Shown here: positions 9,363-17,336 of the stretch, one piece after another
Layout: every line of letters starts with the position of its first letter
How positions within the stretch are numbered: the first letter of the stretch is position 1
IMG/VR virus record: IMGVR_UViG_2585427766_000007
Length of the DNA: 22,731 bases
Source: a virus
Lineage: Duplodnaviria > Heunggongvirae > Uroviricota > Caudoviricetes
Reading direction: 5' to 3' (one strand)
Notes under the pieces: model-generated
The model's database searches: none
Seen by the model: only the letters and a program-made list of their open reading frames with translations
What the model was told of the DNA's origin: nothing
Translations under genes and position numbers: made by a program

Positions 9363-9665
9363 TTACAGTTCAGCAATACGCTTACTTCCATCCGAGATAA
9401 CACCTTCGTAATATTCACGCTGCTCGTTGAGTTTTGATTTTGCTGCTTCCAGCTCAACGCGCAGCTTTCCTACCGTTAGCGCAATTTCCTCGTTCTCCTG
9501 GTCGCGGCGTTTGATGTATTGCTGGTTTCTTTCCCGCTCATCCAGCAGTTCCAGCACAATCGATGGTGTTACCAATTCATGGAAAAGGTCTGCGTCAAAT
9601 CCCCAGTCGTCATGCATTGCCTGCTCTGCCGCTTCACGCAGTGCCTGAGAGTTAATTTCGCTCAC
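9363..9665 (-). CDS. Coiled-coil protein in the lambda ea22 position (100 aa), possibly a shortened Ea22 homolog
   Basis: Acidic, heptad-rich sequence (ELEAAKSKLNEQREYYEG); start overlaps the orf73 stop; sits where ea22 lies in lambda; identity from recall is uncertain. Confidence 0.45.
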   Translation of the reverse strand: MSEINSQALREAAEQAMHDDWGFDADLFHELVTPSIVLELLDERERNQQYIKRRDQENEEIALTVGKLRVELEAAKSKLNEQREYYEGVISDGSKRIAEL

Positions 9666-9883
9666 TTCGAACCTCTCTGTTTACTGATAAGCTCCAGATC
9701 TTCCTGGCAACTTGCACAAGTCCGACAACCCTGAACGACCAGGCGTCTTCGTTCATCTATCGGATCGCCACACTCACAACAATGAGTGGCAGATATAGCC
9801 TGGTGGTTCAGGCGGCGCATTTTTATTGCTGTGTTGCGCTGTAATTCTTCAATTTCTGATGCTGAATCAATGATGTCTGCCAT
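9662..9883 (-). CDS. TraR/DksA-type C4 zinc-finger protein (73 aa), lambda orf73-like
   Basis: CCECGDPIDERRRLVVQGCRTCASCQ gives a CxxC...CxxC zinc ribbon typical of TraR/DksA; position matches lambda orf73. Confidence 0.7.
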   Translation of the reverse strand: MADIIDSASEIEELQRNTAIKMRRLNHQAISATHCCECGDPIDERRRLVVQGCRTCASCQEDLELISKQRGSK

Positions 9884-9937
9884 CTTCCATTAATCCCTGA
9901 ATTGTTGGTTAATACGCTTGAGGGTGAATGCGAATAA

Positions 9938-9959
9938 TAAAAAAGGAGCCTGTAGCTCC
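9938..9959 (-). terminator. Rho-independent terminator candidate within the pL operon
   Basis: Minus strand reads GGAGC-TACAG-GCTCC followed by TTTTTTTATT. Confidence 0.45.
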
Positions 9960-9981
9960 CTGATGATTTTGCTTTTCATGT

Positions 9982-10197
9982 TCATCGTTCCTTAAAGACG
10001 CCGTTTAACATGCCGATTGCCAGGCTTAAATGAGTCGGTGTGAATCCCATCAGCGTTACCGTTTCGCGGTGCTTCTTCAGTACGCTACGGCAAATGTCAT
10101 CGACGTTTTTATCCGGAAACTGCTGTCTGGCTTTTTTGATTTCAGAATTAGCCTGACGGGCAATGCTGCGAAGGGCGTTTTCCTGCTGAGGTGTCAT
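9982..10197 (-). CDS. Lambda orf61-like small protein; start uncertain (ATG 10197 gives 71 aa, ATG 10263 gives 93 aa)
   Basis: ORF in the lambda orf61 position between orf63 and orf73; no strong Shine-Dalgarno at either start. Confidence 0.5.
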   Translation of the reverse strand: MTPQQENALRSIARQANSEIKKARQQFPDKNVDDICRSVLKKHRETVTLMGFTPTHLSLAIGMLNGVFKER

Positions 10198-10273
10198 TGA
10201 ACAAGTCCCATGTCGGCAAGCATAAGCACACAGAATATGAAGCCCGCTGCCAGAAAAATGCATTCAGTGGTTG

Positions 10274-10465
10274 TCATACCTGGTCTCTCTCATCTGCTTC
10301 TGCTTTCGCCACCATCATTTCCAGCTTTTGTGAAAGGGATGCGGCTAACGTGTGAAATTCTTCGTCTGTTTCTACTGGTATTGGCACAAACCTGACTCCA
10401 ATTTGAGCGAGGCTATGTGCCATCTCGATACTCGTTCTTAACTCAACGGGAGATGCTTTGTGCAT
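10274..10465 (-). CDS. Lambda orf63-like small protein (63 aa)
   Basis: [36 protein letters not shown]... and the surrounding DNA match the lambda sequence just downstream of exo as recalled. Confidence 0.6.
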   Translation of the reverse strand: MHKASPVELRTSIEMAHSLAQIGVRFVPIPVETDEEFHTLAASLSQKLEMMVAKAEADERDQV

Positions 10466-10626
10466 ACAGCCCCTCGTTTATTATTTATCTCCTCAGCCAG
10501 CCGCTGGGCTTTCAGTGGATTTTGGATAACAGAAAGGCTGGGAAATACCCAGCCTCGCTTTGTAACGGAGTAGACGAAAGTGATCGCGCCTACCCGGATA
10601 TTATCGTGAGGATGCGTCATCGCCAT
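10438..10626 (-). CDS. Lambda orf60a-like small protein (62 aa)
   Basis: [29 protein letters not shown]... overlaps the exo stop exactly as in lambda (GCAATGGCGATGACGCATCCTCACGATAATATCCGGGTAGGCGC). Confidence 0.55.
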   Translation of the reverse strand: MAMTHPHDNIRVGAITFVYSVTKRGWVFPSLSVIQNPLKAQRLAEEINNKRGAVCTKHLPLS

Positions 10627-11297
10627 TGCTCCCCAAATACAAAACCAATTTCAGCCAGTGCCTCGTCCATTTTTTCGATGAACTCCGGCACCATCTCGTC
10701 AAAACTCGCCATGTACTTTTCATTCCGCTCAATCACGACATAATGCAGGCCTTCACGCTTCATGCGCGGGTCATAGTTGGCAAAGTACCAGGCATCTTTT
10801 CGCGTCACCCACATGCTGTACTGCACCTGGGCCATGTAAGCCGATTTTATTGCCTCGAAACCACCGAGCCGGAATTTCATGAAATCCCGGGAGGTAAACG
10901 GGCATTTCAGTTCAAGGCCGTTGCCGTCACTGCATAAACCATCGGGAGAGCAGGCGGTGCGCATATTTTCGTCGCGATAGATGATCGGGGATTCAGTAAT
11001 ATTCACGCCGGAAGTGAATTCAAACAGGGTTCTGGCGTCGTTCTCGTACTGTTTTCCCCAGGCCAGCGCCTTAGCATTAACTTCCGGAGCCACACCGGTG
11101 CAAACCTCAGCCAGCAGGGTGTGGAAGTAGGACATTTTCATGTCAGGCCACTTCTTTCCTGAGCGGGGCTTTGCTATCACGTTGTGAACTTCTGAAGCGG
11201 TGATGACGCCGAGCCGTAATTTGTGCCATGCATCATCCCCCTGTTCGACAGCTCTCACGTCGATCCCGGTACGCTGCAGGATAATGTCCGGTGTCAT
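10617..11297 (-). CDS. exo: Lambda exonuclease (Red alpha, 226 aa)
   Basis: [62 protein letters not shown]... matches lambda Exo. Confidence 0.95.
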   Translation of the reverse strand: MTPDIILQRTGIDVRAVEQGDDAWHKLRLGVITASEVHNVIAKPRSGKKWPDMKMSYFHTLLAEVCTGVAPEVNAKALAWGKQYENDARTLFEFTSGVNITESPIIYRDENMRTACSPDGLCSDGNGLELKCPFTSRDFMKFRLGGFEAIKSAYMAQVQYSMWVTRKDAWYFANYDPRMKREGLHYVVIERNEKYMASFDEMVPEFIEKMDEALAEIGFVFGEQWR

Positions 11298-12079
11298 GCT
11301 GCCACCTTCTGCTCAGTGGCTTTCTGTTTCAGGAATCCAAGAGCTTTCACTGCTTCGGCCTGTGTCAGTTCTGACGATGCGCGAATGTCGCGGCGAAATA
11401 TCTGGGAACAGAGCGGCAATAAGTCGTCATCCCATGTTTTATCCAGGGCGATCAGCAGAGTGTTAATCTCCTGCATGGTTTCATCGTTAACCGGAGTGAT
11501 GTCGCGTTCCGGCTGACGTTCTGCAGTGTATGCGGTATTTTCGACAATGCGCTCGGCTTCATCCTTGTCATAGATACCAGCAAATCCGAAGGCGAGACGG
11601 GCACACTGAATCATGGCTTTATGCCGTAACATCCGTTTGGGATGCGACTGCCACGGCCCCGTGATTTCTCTGCCTTCGCGGGTTTTGAATGGTTCGCGGC
11701 GGCATTCATCCATCCACTCGGTAACGCAGATCGGATGATTACGGTCCTTGCGGTAAATCCGGCATGTACATGATTCATTGTCCTGCTCAAAGTCCATGCC
11801 ATCAAACTGCTGGTTTTCATTGATGATACGGGACCAGCCATCAACGCCCACCACCGGAACGATGCCGTTCTGCTTGTCAGGGAAGGCGTAAATTTCTTTC
11901 GTCCACGGATTAAGGCCGTACTGGTTGGCGACGATCAACAATGCGATGAACTGCGCATCGCTGGCATCACCTTTAAATGCCGTCTGGCGAAGAGTGGTGA
12001 TCAGTTCCTGTGGGTCGACAGAATCCATGCCGACACGTTCAGCCAGCTTCCCAGCCAGCGTTGCGAGTGCTGTACTCAT
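11294..12079 (-). CDS. bet: Bet single-strand annealing protein (Red beta, 261 aa)
   Basis: [66 protein letters not shown]... matches lambda Bet. Confidence 0.95.
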   Translation of the reverse strand: MSTALATLAGKLAERVGMDSVDPQELITTLRQTAFKGDASDAQFIALLIVANQYGLNPWTKEIYAFPDKQNGIVPVVGVDGWSRIINENQQFDGMDFEQDNESCTCRIYRKDRNHPICVTEWMDECRREPFKTREGREITGPWQSHPKRMLRHKAMIQCARLAFGFAGIYDKDEAERIVENTAYTAERQPERDITPVNDETMQEINTLLIALDKTWDDDLLPLCSQIFRRDIRASSELTQAEAVKALGFLKQKATEQKVAA

Positions 12080-12084
12080 CCGTT

Positions 12085-12381
12085 TTATACCTCTGAATCA
12101 ATATCAACCTGGTGGTGAGCAATGGTTTCAACCATGTACCGGATGTGTTCTGCCATGCGCTCCTGAAACTCAACATCGTCATCAAACGCACGGGTAATGG
12201 CTTTTTTGCTGGCCCCGTGGCGTTGCAAATGATCGATGCATAGCGATTCAAACAGGTGCTGGGGCAGGCTTTTTTCCATGTCGTCTGCCAGTTCTGCCTC
12301 TTTCTCTTCACGGGCGAGCTGCTGGTAGTGACGCGCCCAGCTCTGAGCCTCAAGACGATCCTGAATGTAATAAGCGTTCAT
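12085..12381 (-). CDS. gam: Gam RecBCD inhibitor (short form, 98 aa)
   Basis: [37 protein letters not shown]... matches lambda Gam; AGGAG Shine-Dalgarno; DNA upstream of ~12463 diverges from the recalled lambda sequence. Confidence 0.9.
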   Translation of the reverse strand: MNAYYIQDRLEAQSWARHYQQLAREEKEAELADDMEKSLPQHLFESLCIDHLQRHGASKKAITRAFDDDVEFQERMAEHIRYMVETIAHHQVDIDSEV

Positions 12382-12457
12382 GGCTGAACTCCTGAAAATG
12401 GCTGTGAAAATATCGCCCGCGAAATGCCAGGCTGATTAGGAAAACAGGAAAGGGGGG

Positions 12458-12868
12458 TTAGTGATTCAGGCCGTTACCGCGTCCGTCGAGAAAAACTTCC
12501 ACGAGCAAATCACTGGTATAAGTGCGCTCGATGCCGCGATGCAGATAAAGCCGTCCGCGTAAATTAGCTGATGCAGTCCAGGTACCATCTTTGTGTTTGA
12601 CCAGCATTCCTGGCATGACCGCGCCGCGATTAACGGTCTGTGTTCCGTAATGTTGATGAACCATAAAAACTCCTGCCCGTAAGCTGGGCTGCTGAACATA
12701 TAGAGACTTCTGCGCATATTCAGGCGGTGGATGGCCGCCGGTTGTCATAACTAAGCCGCCTCGTTGAAGCGACTGAGGTATGAAATGTTGAGTTAATTTC
12801 AGCTGGTCACACCGACGTTCACGCGTCCGTTTCACCCCTCGCACTCCCCGAAGCCTGCTGAAATTCAA
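12458..12868 (-). CDS. Hypothetical ORF between pL and gam; candidate N-type antiterminator (arginine-rich N-terminus); start codon unresolved
   Basis: N-terminal VKRTRERR resembles the arginine-rich motif of lambdoid N proteins; position right after the putative pL; only TTG/GTG starts near the N-terminus; a strong internal CAGGAG-ATG at 12664 would give a 68-aa product. Confidence 0.3.
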   Translation of the reverse strand: MNFSRLRGVRGVKRTRERRCDQLKLTQHFIPQSLQRGGLVMTTGGHPPPEYAQKSLYVQQPSLRAGVFMVHQHYGTQTVNRGAVMPGMLVKHKDGTWTASANLRGRLYLHRGIERTYTSDLLVEVFLDGRGNGLNH

Positions 12869-12904
12869 ACTGCGGATCTAAGCGGTCATCGCAACGGTGA
12901 ATCA

Positions 12905-13040
12905 GGTAGTTGCCGTATCGTTGTGTTGTTGCGATGAACTTATTTAAAACTATAGTTGTTTTATCGTCAACAACAAAAGTTGTTTTATTGGTTGTTTTAG
13001 ATATAACTGGTTGTATTTAGGATGGATTTATTTTGTGACT
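12905..13040 (-). promoter_or_regulatory. Candidate oL/pL region
   Basis: Minus strand has TTGACG (12965-12970), a 17-nt spacer, then TTAAAT (12942-12947); overlapped by the palindrome AACAACAAAAGTTGTT (12969-12984) and further GTTGTT repeats. Confidence 0.4.
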
Positions 13041-13111
13041 TGAATCGCATAGCGATAACTGAAGCGAGGTTATGGTGGTTTTTTTAACGGTGTGTGTGAT
13101 GAGGGGAGGGC

Positions 13112-13138
13112 AAAAGAAAACCCGGCACGGTGACCGGG
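13112..13138 (-). terminator. Rho-independent terminator candidate downstream of the cI-like repressor
   Basis: Minus strand reads CCCGG-TCACCGTG-CCGGG followed by TTTTCTTTT, ~120 bp after the repressor stop. Confidence 0.5.
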
Positions 13139-13259
13139 ATTCTTACGCCGTTAGGTAAAGATATTATTGCGGTGGCTTAATATTACTACCTAGAGCAAAG
13201 ATAGGAATTAGTTCTTTACTGAATGAGCACAATGTCCAGTTGATAATTTTTAATTGGTA

Positions 13260-13949
13260 CTACCCATGCTTCCTATATGTCTGCGGCATGCTCCCAATAA
13301 CCTTACCGAAGATGAACACCCGGTTCATCTCGTCTTTCTCGATCGGGTCCCACGGTGAGTAGCTTTTGTTATCAGAGATGACCAGCAGCTTATCCTTCAT
13401 CATTTGCAGGCGCTTTACATGGGCTGTGTCGTCGTACAGAAACGCATAGATACCATCACCGTCGAAAGATTTAACTGTGATATCAACGAACAGCAGATCA
13501 CCTGGTTCGATCGTTCCTGACATGCTGTCACCACGCACGTTAATGATGCGGATATTTTCCGCCTTCCTACCATCGAACATGTGACGAGCATCGTCAAACG
13601 AGTACTCAACCGAGCGTAGAACTTCTACAAACTCACGGTTGATGACTCCCGGCCCAGCACTGACTTCTATATCAAGAACGTCAATCTTGAAGTATTTGGA
13701 ATGGCTGACAGTTGATTGTATTGGTTGCACTGTACTGTCTGACATATTTCCAACGCCAGAAGATAACCATTCTGCGCGCACACCCAAAGCGTTCGCGATC
13801 TCCACGATTTTAGTTGTTTGATTAGCTTTCCCTGTTTCGATTTTCTGAATAGCAGCCTGGCTAACCCCGACCAAATCCCCAAGCGCCTTTTGTGTAAGGC
13901 CTCGCGCTAATCTGGCTTCTTTAAGTCTTTCTGAGAGTGTTGTTTTCAT
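13260..13949 (-). CDS. cI: CI-type prophage repressor (HTH plus S24 LexA-like autopeptidase), non-lambda immunity; about 229 aa from ATG 13949
   Basis: N-terminal HTH (LTQKALGDLVGVSQAAIQKIETGK); Ala-Gly cleavage site; C-terminal GDSM serine and KRL lysine motifs; no Shine-Dalgarno before the ATG, so possibly a leaderless transcript as for lambda pRM. Confidence 0.85.
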   Translation of the reverse strand: MKTTLSERLKEARLARGLTQKALGDLVGVSQAAIQKIETGKANQTTKIVEIANALGVRAEWLSSGVGNMSDSTVQPIQSTVSHSKYFKIDVLDIEVSAGPGVINREFVEVLRSVEYSFDDARHMFDGRKAENIRIINVRGDSMSGTIEPGDLLFVDITVKSFDGDGIYAFLYDDTAHVKRLQMMKDKLLVISDNKSYSPWDPIEKDEMNRVFIFGKVIGSMPQTYRKHG

Positions 13950-14053
13950 AGTCCAAATGTACAACCAAGGTTTTATTCCATCAAACGAAAATGGTTGTTG
14001 ACTAAAAACAACCATAGTTTTAATCTTGATTCAAATTAACCACGGAGGTTGTT
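13950..14053. promoter_or_regulatory. Candidate oR with divergent pRM/pR promoters
   Basis: Inverted repeat ATGGTTGTT-N7-AACAACCAT (13991-14015) overlaps a TTGACT -35 hexamer (13998-14003) for rightward transcription; TTGATG-N17-TACATT on the minus strand could serve the repressor. Confidence 0.45.
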
Positions 14054-14284
14054 ATGAACCCAGCTATCAAAACAGCGATCAATATCGTTGGTTCACAAAA
14101 GAAACTGGGCGCTGCTTGCGAAGTTTCACAGCAGGCCGTCTATAAGTGGCTTCACAACAAAGCAAAGGTATCCCCTGAACATGTCGGCAGCATTGTTACG
14201 GCTACTGGTGGAGTAGTGAAGGCATACCAGATTCGCCCGGATCTTCCGAAGTTGTTTCCACACACCGAAAAGAACGCAGCTTAA
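14054..14284 (+). CDS. cro: Cro-like HTH regulator (76 aa), Cro/YdaS type
   Basis: Divergent from the repressor; GGAGG Shine-Dalgarno; HTH-like GSQKKLGAACEVSQQAVYKW and C-terminal ATGG-x-V...RPDLP pattern recalled from YdaS/Cro-like proteins. Confidence 0.7.
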   Translation: MNPAIKTAINIVGSQKKLGAACEVSQQAVYKWLHNKAKVSPEHVGSIVTATGGVVKAYQIRPDLPKLFPHTEKNAA

Positions 14285-14296
14285 ATTTCCATTTCA

Positions 14297-14309
14297 CGCT
14301 CTTTAACAA
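14297..14309 (+). promoter_or_regulatory. boxA-like antitermination element (candidate nutR component)
   Basis: CGCTCTTTAACAA is identical to the rrn-type boxA consensus as recalled; 13 bp downstream of cro, where nutR sits in lambda; no boxB hairpin found by eye. Confidence 0.4.
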
Positions 14310-14353
14310 TAAGCAATCAACTTAACAGTCAATTCAAACTAAAGGAGTCAATT

Positions 14354-14893
14354 ATGCAACCACTTCCATACCAACAGACTAGCGGATTTAGCCCGACTGC
14401 GGTGATAAATCGTTCTCAAACAAAACAGGTGCCAGGCCACGAAAAAATCCGTGATGCCGTCCGCGCCTGGTCGGCTGTAGATAATCAGGATGTCGTTGCC
14501 ACACTCATTGTGAATGAGTATCGGGAGCAGGGCGGCGGCACCATCGATTTCCCTGATGATGTCAGCCGTGCACGCCAGAAGCTGTTCCGCTTCCTCGATA
14601 ACAAATTCGATTCTGAAAAATACCGAAATAACGTGCGTGAACTGACCCCGGCAATTCTGGCGGTACTACCGCTGGAATATCGCGGTTACCTGGTTGAGCA
14701 GGATAGCTTCATGGCCAGGTTGGCTGAAATGGAAAAGGAACTCAGTGAGGCAAAACAGGCTGTCATTCTCAACGCACCACGCCACCAGAAACTGAAGGAA
14801 ATTAGTGAAGGTATTGTATCGATGTTTCGTGTGGACCCAGATCTGGCTGGTCCATTGATGGCGATGGTTACTACCATGCTGGGGGCGATATGA
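14354..14893 (+). CDS. CII-like early regulator (179 aa), CP-933/YdaT-type, putative
   Basis: Occupies the cII position after cro; AAGGAG Shine-Dalgarno; family assignment is from recall of prophage CII-like proteins and is uncertain. Confidence 0.45.
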   Translation: MQPLPYQQTSGFSPTAVINRSQTKQVPGHEKIRDAVRAWSAVDNQDVVATLIVNEYREQGGGTIDFPDDVSRARQKLFRFLDNKFDSEKYRNNVRELTPAILAVLPLEYRGYLVEQDSFMARLAEMEKELSEAKQAVILNAPRHQKLKEISEGIVSMFRVDPDLAGPLMAMVTTMLGAI

Positions 14894-14979
14894 CAGGTTC
14901 AGAAATGGCGAAAGCCGGTCTGCTGGAACAGAACCGACTTTCAGGTGCAAATCGTAACACACTCATTGCGGGAGGAATT

Positions 14980-15909
14980 ATGGCAAACACTGCTGAGATA
15001 TTCAATTTTCCAGTGCCGGATGCGGCACAAAAGGAGCCGCGCGTGGCAGATCTCGATGATGGTTATACGCGCATTGCAAATGAGTTGCTGGAAGCTGTGA
15101 TGCTGGCCGGATTAACACAGCACCAGCTTCTGGTCTTCCTGGCTGTCATGCGCAAAACATATGGCTTTAATAAAAAACTGGATTGGGTGAGCAACGAGCA
15201 ACTGTCCGGATTGACCGGGATATTACCGCACAAGTGTTCTGCTGCAAAAAGTGTTCTGGTAAAGCGTGGGATTTTGATTCAGAGCGGGCGGAATATCGGT
15301 ATTAATAATGTGGTCAGTGAATGGTCAACATTACCCGAATCAGGTAAGAAAAATAAAGTTTACCTGAAAGAGGTAAATTTACCTGAATCAGGTAAGAAAA
15401 GTTTACCCAAATCAGGTAAAGGCGTTTACCCGAATCAGGTAAACACAAAAGACAAACTAACAAAAGACAATATAAAACCTTTTTCGTCCGAGAATTCTGG
15501 CGAATCCTCTGACCAACCAGAAAACGATCTTCCTGTGGTGAAACCAGATGCTGCAATTCAGAGCGGCAGCAAGTGGGGGACAGCAGAAGACCTGACCGCC
15601 GCAGAGTGGATGTTTGACATGGTGAAGACCATCGCACCATCAGCCAGAAAACCGAATTTTGCAGGGTGGGCTAACGATATCCGCCTGATGCGTGAACGTG
15701 ACGGACGTAACCACCGCGACATGTGCGTGCTTTTCCGCTGGGCATGCCAGGACAACTTCTGGTCCGGTAACGTGCTAAGTCCGGCCAAACTCCGCGACAA
15801 GTGGACCCAACTCGAAATCAACCGTAACAAGCAACAGGCAGGCATGATAGCCAGCAAACCAAAACTCGACCTGACAAACACTGACTGGATTTACGGGGTG
15901 GATTTATGA
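14980..15909 (+). CDS. O: Replication initiator O (chimeric: non-lambda N-terminal iteron-binding domain, lambda-type C-terminal P-interaction domain)
   Basis: ATG 14980 with GGAGG Shine-Dalgarno; C-terminal ~110 aa (SGSKWGTAEDLTAAEWMFDMVKTIAPSARKPNFAGWANDIRLMRERDGRNHRDMCVLFRW...) matches lambda O; N-terminal part differs; internal iterons. Confidence 0.85.
   Translation: MANTAEIFNFPVPDAAQKEPRVADLDDGYTRIANELLEAVMLAGLTQHQLLVFLAVMRKTYGFNKKLDWVSNEQLSGLTGILPHKCSAAKSVLVKRGILIQSGRNIGINNVVSEWSTLPESGKKNKVYLKEVNLPESGKKSLPKSGKGVYPNQVNTKDKLTKDNIKPFSSENSGESSDQPENDLPVVKPDAAIQSGSKWGTAEDLTAAEWMFDMVKTIAPSARKPNFAGWANDIRLMRERDGRNHRDMCVLFRWACQDNFWSGNVLSPAKLRDKWTQLEINRNKQQAGMIASKPKLDLTNTDWIYGVDL
15331..15442 (+). 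repeat. Replication origin iterons inside O: five copies of TTACC(C/T)-N5-GGTAA, followed by an A-rich stretch
   Basis: Copies at 15331, 15360, 15379, 15403 and 15426, each itself palindromic; A-rich CACAAAAGACAAACTAACAAAAGACAATATAAAAC follows, as at lambda ori. Confidence 0.7.
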
Positions 15910-16607
15910 AAAACATCGCCGCACAGATGGTTAACTTTGACCGTGAGCAGATGCGTCGGATCGCCAACAACATGCCGGAACAGTACGACGAAAAGCCGCA
16001 GGTACAGCAGGTAGCGCAGATCATCAACGGTGTGTTCAGCCAGTTACTGGCAACTTTCCCGGCGAGCCTGGCTAACCGTGACCAGAATGAACTGAACGAA
16101 ATCCGCCGCCAGTGGGTGCTGGCTTTTCGGGAAAACGGGATCACCACAATGGAACAGGTTAACGCTGGAATGCGCGTAGCCCGTCGGCAGAATCGACCAT
16201 TCCTGCCATCACCCGGGCAGTTTGTCGCCTGGTGCCGGGAAGAAGCATCCGTTACCGCCGGGCTGCCAAACGCCAGCGAGCTGGTTGATATGGTTTACGA
16301 GTATTGCCGGAAGCGCGGGCTGTATCCGGATGCAGAGTCTTATCCGTGGAAATCAAACGCGCACTACTGGCTGGTTACCAACCTGTATCAGAACATGCGG
16401 GCCAATGCGTTGACTGACGCGGAATTACGGCGCAAGGCTGCCGATGAACTGTCCTGTATGACCGCACGAATTAACCGTGGTGAGGCTATACCTGAACCAG
16501 TAAAACAACTTCCTGTCATGGGCGGTAGACCTCTAAATCGTGCACAGGCTCTGGCGAAGATCGCAGAAATCAAAGCTAAGTTTGGGCTGAAAGGAGCAAG
16601 GGTATGA
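15906..16607 (+). CDS. P: Replication protein P (DnaB helicase loader, 233 aa)
   Basis: MKNIAAQMVNFDREQMRRIANNMPEQYDEKPQVQQVAQIINGVFSQLL... matches lambda P; start overlaps the O stop. Confidence 0.95.
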   Translation: MKNIAAQMVNFDREQMRRIANNMPEQYDEKPQVQQVAQIINGVFSQLLATFPASLANRDQNELNEIRRQWVLAFRENGITTMEQVNAGMRVARRQNRPFLPSPGQFVAWCREEASVTAGLPNASELVDMVYEYCRKRGLYPDAESYPWKSNAHYWLVTNLYQNMRANALTDAELRRKAADELSCMTARINRGEAIPEPVKQLPVMGGRPLNRAQALAKIAEIKAKFGLKGARV

Positions 16608-16906
16608 CGGGCAAAGAGGCAATTATTCATTACCTGGGGACTCATAAGAAATTCTGTGCGCAGGACGTTGCCGCGGTAACAGGCGCAACGGTAACCAGCA
16701 TAAATCAGGCTGCGGCTAAAATGGCACGGGCAGGTCTTCTGGCTATCGAAGGTAAGGTCTGGCGAACGGTGTATTACCGGTTTGCTACCAGAGAAGAACG
16801 GGAAGGAAAGGTGAGCACGAATCTGATTTTTAAGGAGTGTCGCCAGAGTGCCGCGATGAAACGGGTATTGAGGGTATATAAAAGAACATCAATGGGTACA
16901 CAATGA
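16604..16906 (+). CDS. ren: Ren protein (Rex exclusion-relief, about 100 aa)
   Basis: MTGKEAIIHYLGTH...TGATVTSINQAAAKMARAGLL... matches lambda Ren as recalled; start overlaps the P stop. Confidence 0.8.
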   Translation: MTGKEAIIHYLGTHKKFCAQDVAAVTGATVTSINQAAAKMARAGLLAIEGKVWRTVYYRFATREEREGKVSTNLIFKECRQSAAMKRVLRVYKRTSMGTQ

Positions 16907-16923
16907 TGAAACAGGTGAGTTGA

Positions 16924-16958
16924 GTTCAAACTGTAGTACAATTCTCTCCAGTTTGAAC
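16924..16958 (+). promoter_or_regulatory. Perfect 10-bp inverted repeat GTTCAAACTG-N15-CAGTTTGAAC just upstream of emrE
   Basis: Arms at 16924-16933 and 16949-16958 are exact reverse complements; lies between the ren stop and the emrE start. Confidence 0.3.
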
Positions 16959-16973
16959 AGGAAAGAATATTCT

Positions 16974-17306
16974 ATGAACCCTTATATTTATCTTGGTGGT
17001 GCAATACTTGCAGAGGTCATTGGTACAACCTTAATGAAGTTTTCAGAAGGTTTTACACGGTTATGGCCATCTGTTGGTACAATTATTTGTTATTGTGCAT
17101 CATTCTGGTTATTAGCTCAGACGCTGGCTTATATTCCTACAGGGATTGCTTATGCTATCTGGTCAGGAGTCGGTATTGTCCTGATTAGCTTACTGTCATG
17201 GGGACTTTTCGGCCAACGGCTGGACCTGCCAGCCATTATAGGCATGATGTTGATTTGTGTCGGTGTGTTGGTTATTAATTTATTGTCACGAAGCACACCA
17301 CATTAA
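16974..17306 (+). CDS. emrE: EmrE small multidrug resistance (SMR) efflux protein (110 aa)
   Basis: MNPYIYLGGAILAEVIGTTLMKFSEGFTRLWPSVGTIICYCASFWLLAQTLAYIPTGIAYAIWSGVGIVL... near-identical to E. coli EmrE as recalled; ORF-track start at 16920 is an upstream extension. Confidence 0.95.
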   Translation: MNPYIYLGGAILAEVIGTTLMKFSEGFTRLWPSVGTIICYCASFWLLAQTLAYIPTGIAYAIWSGVGIVLISLLSWGLFGQRLDLPAIIGMMLICVGVLVINLLSRSTPH

Positions 17307-17336
17307 AAATAATTTGTTTCTAAACGACTAAAATAT

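Noticed and set aside
8715-9437. Plus-strand ORFs 8715-9065 and 9183-9437
   Set aside because: The first is antisense inside the secreted-protein gene; the second spans its promoter region and the start of the ea22-like gene. Neither has start signals.
12466-12717. 83-aa minus-strand ORF in an alternative frame of the N-like region
   Set aside because: Overlaps the better-supported frame; Cys/Ser-rich low-complexity translation without a ribosome-binding site.
15331-15442. Possibility that the short direct repeats in O are a CRISPR array
   Set aside because: The repeats are 17-bp internally palindromic units with irregular 19-29 bp spacing inside a coding region, followed by an A-rich tract; this is a lambdoid origin iteron array. 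No cas genes and no repeat-spacer regularity.
15314-16147. Minus-strand ORFs 15314-15640, 15558-15881, 15818-16147
   Set aside because: Antisense within the O and P genes, whose identity is strongly supported; Ser/Arg/Leu-rich shadow frames.
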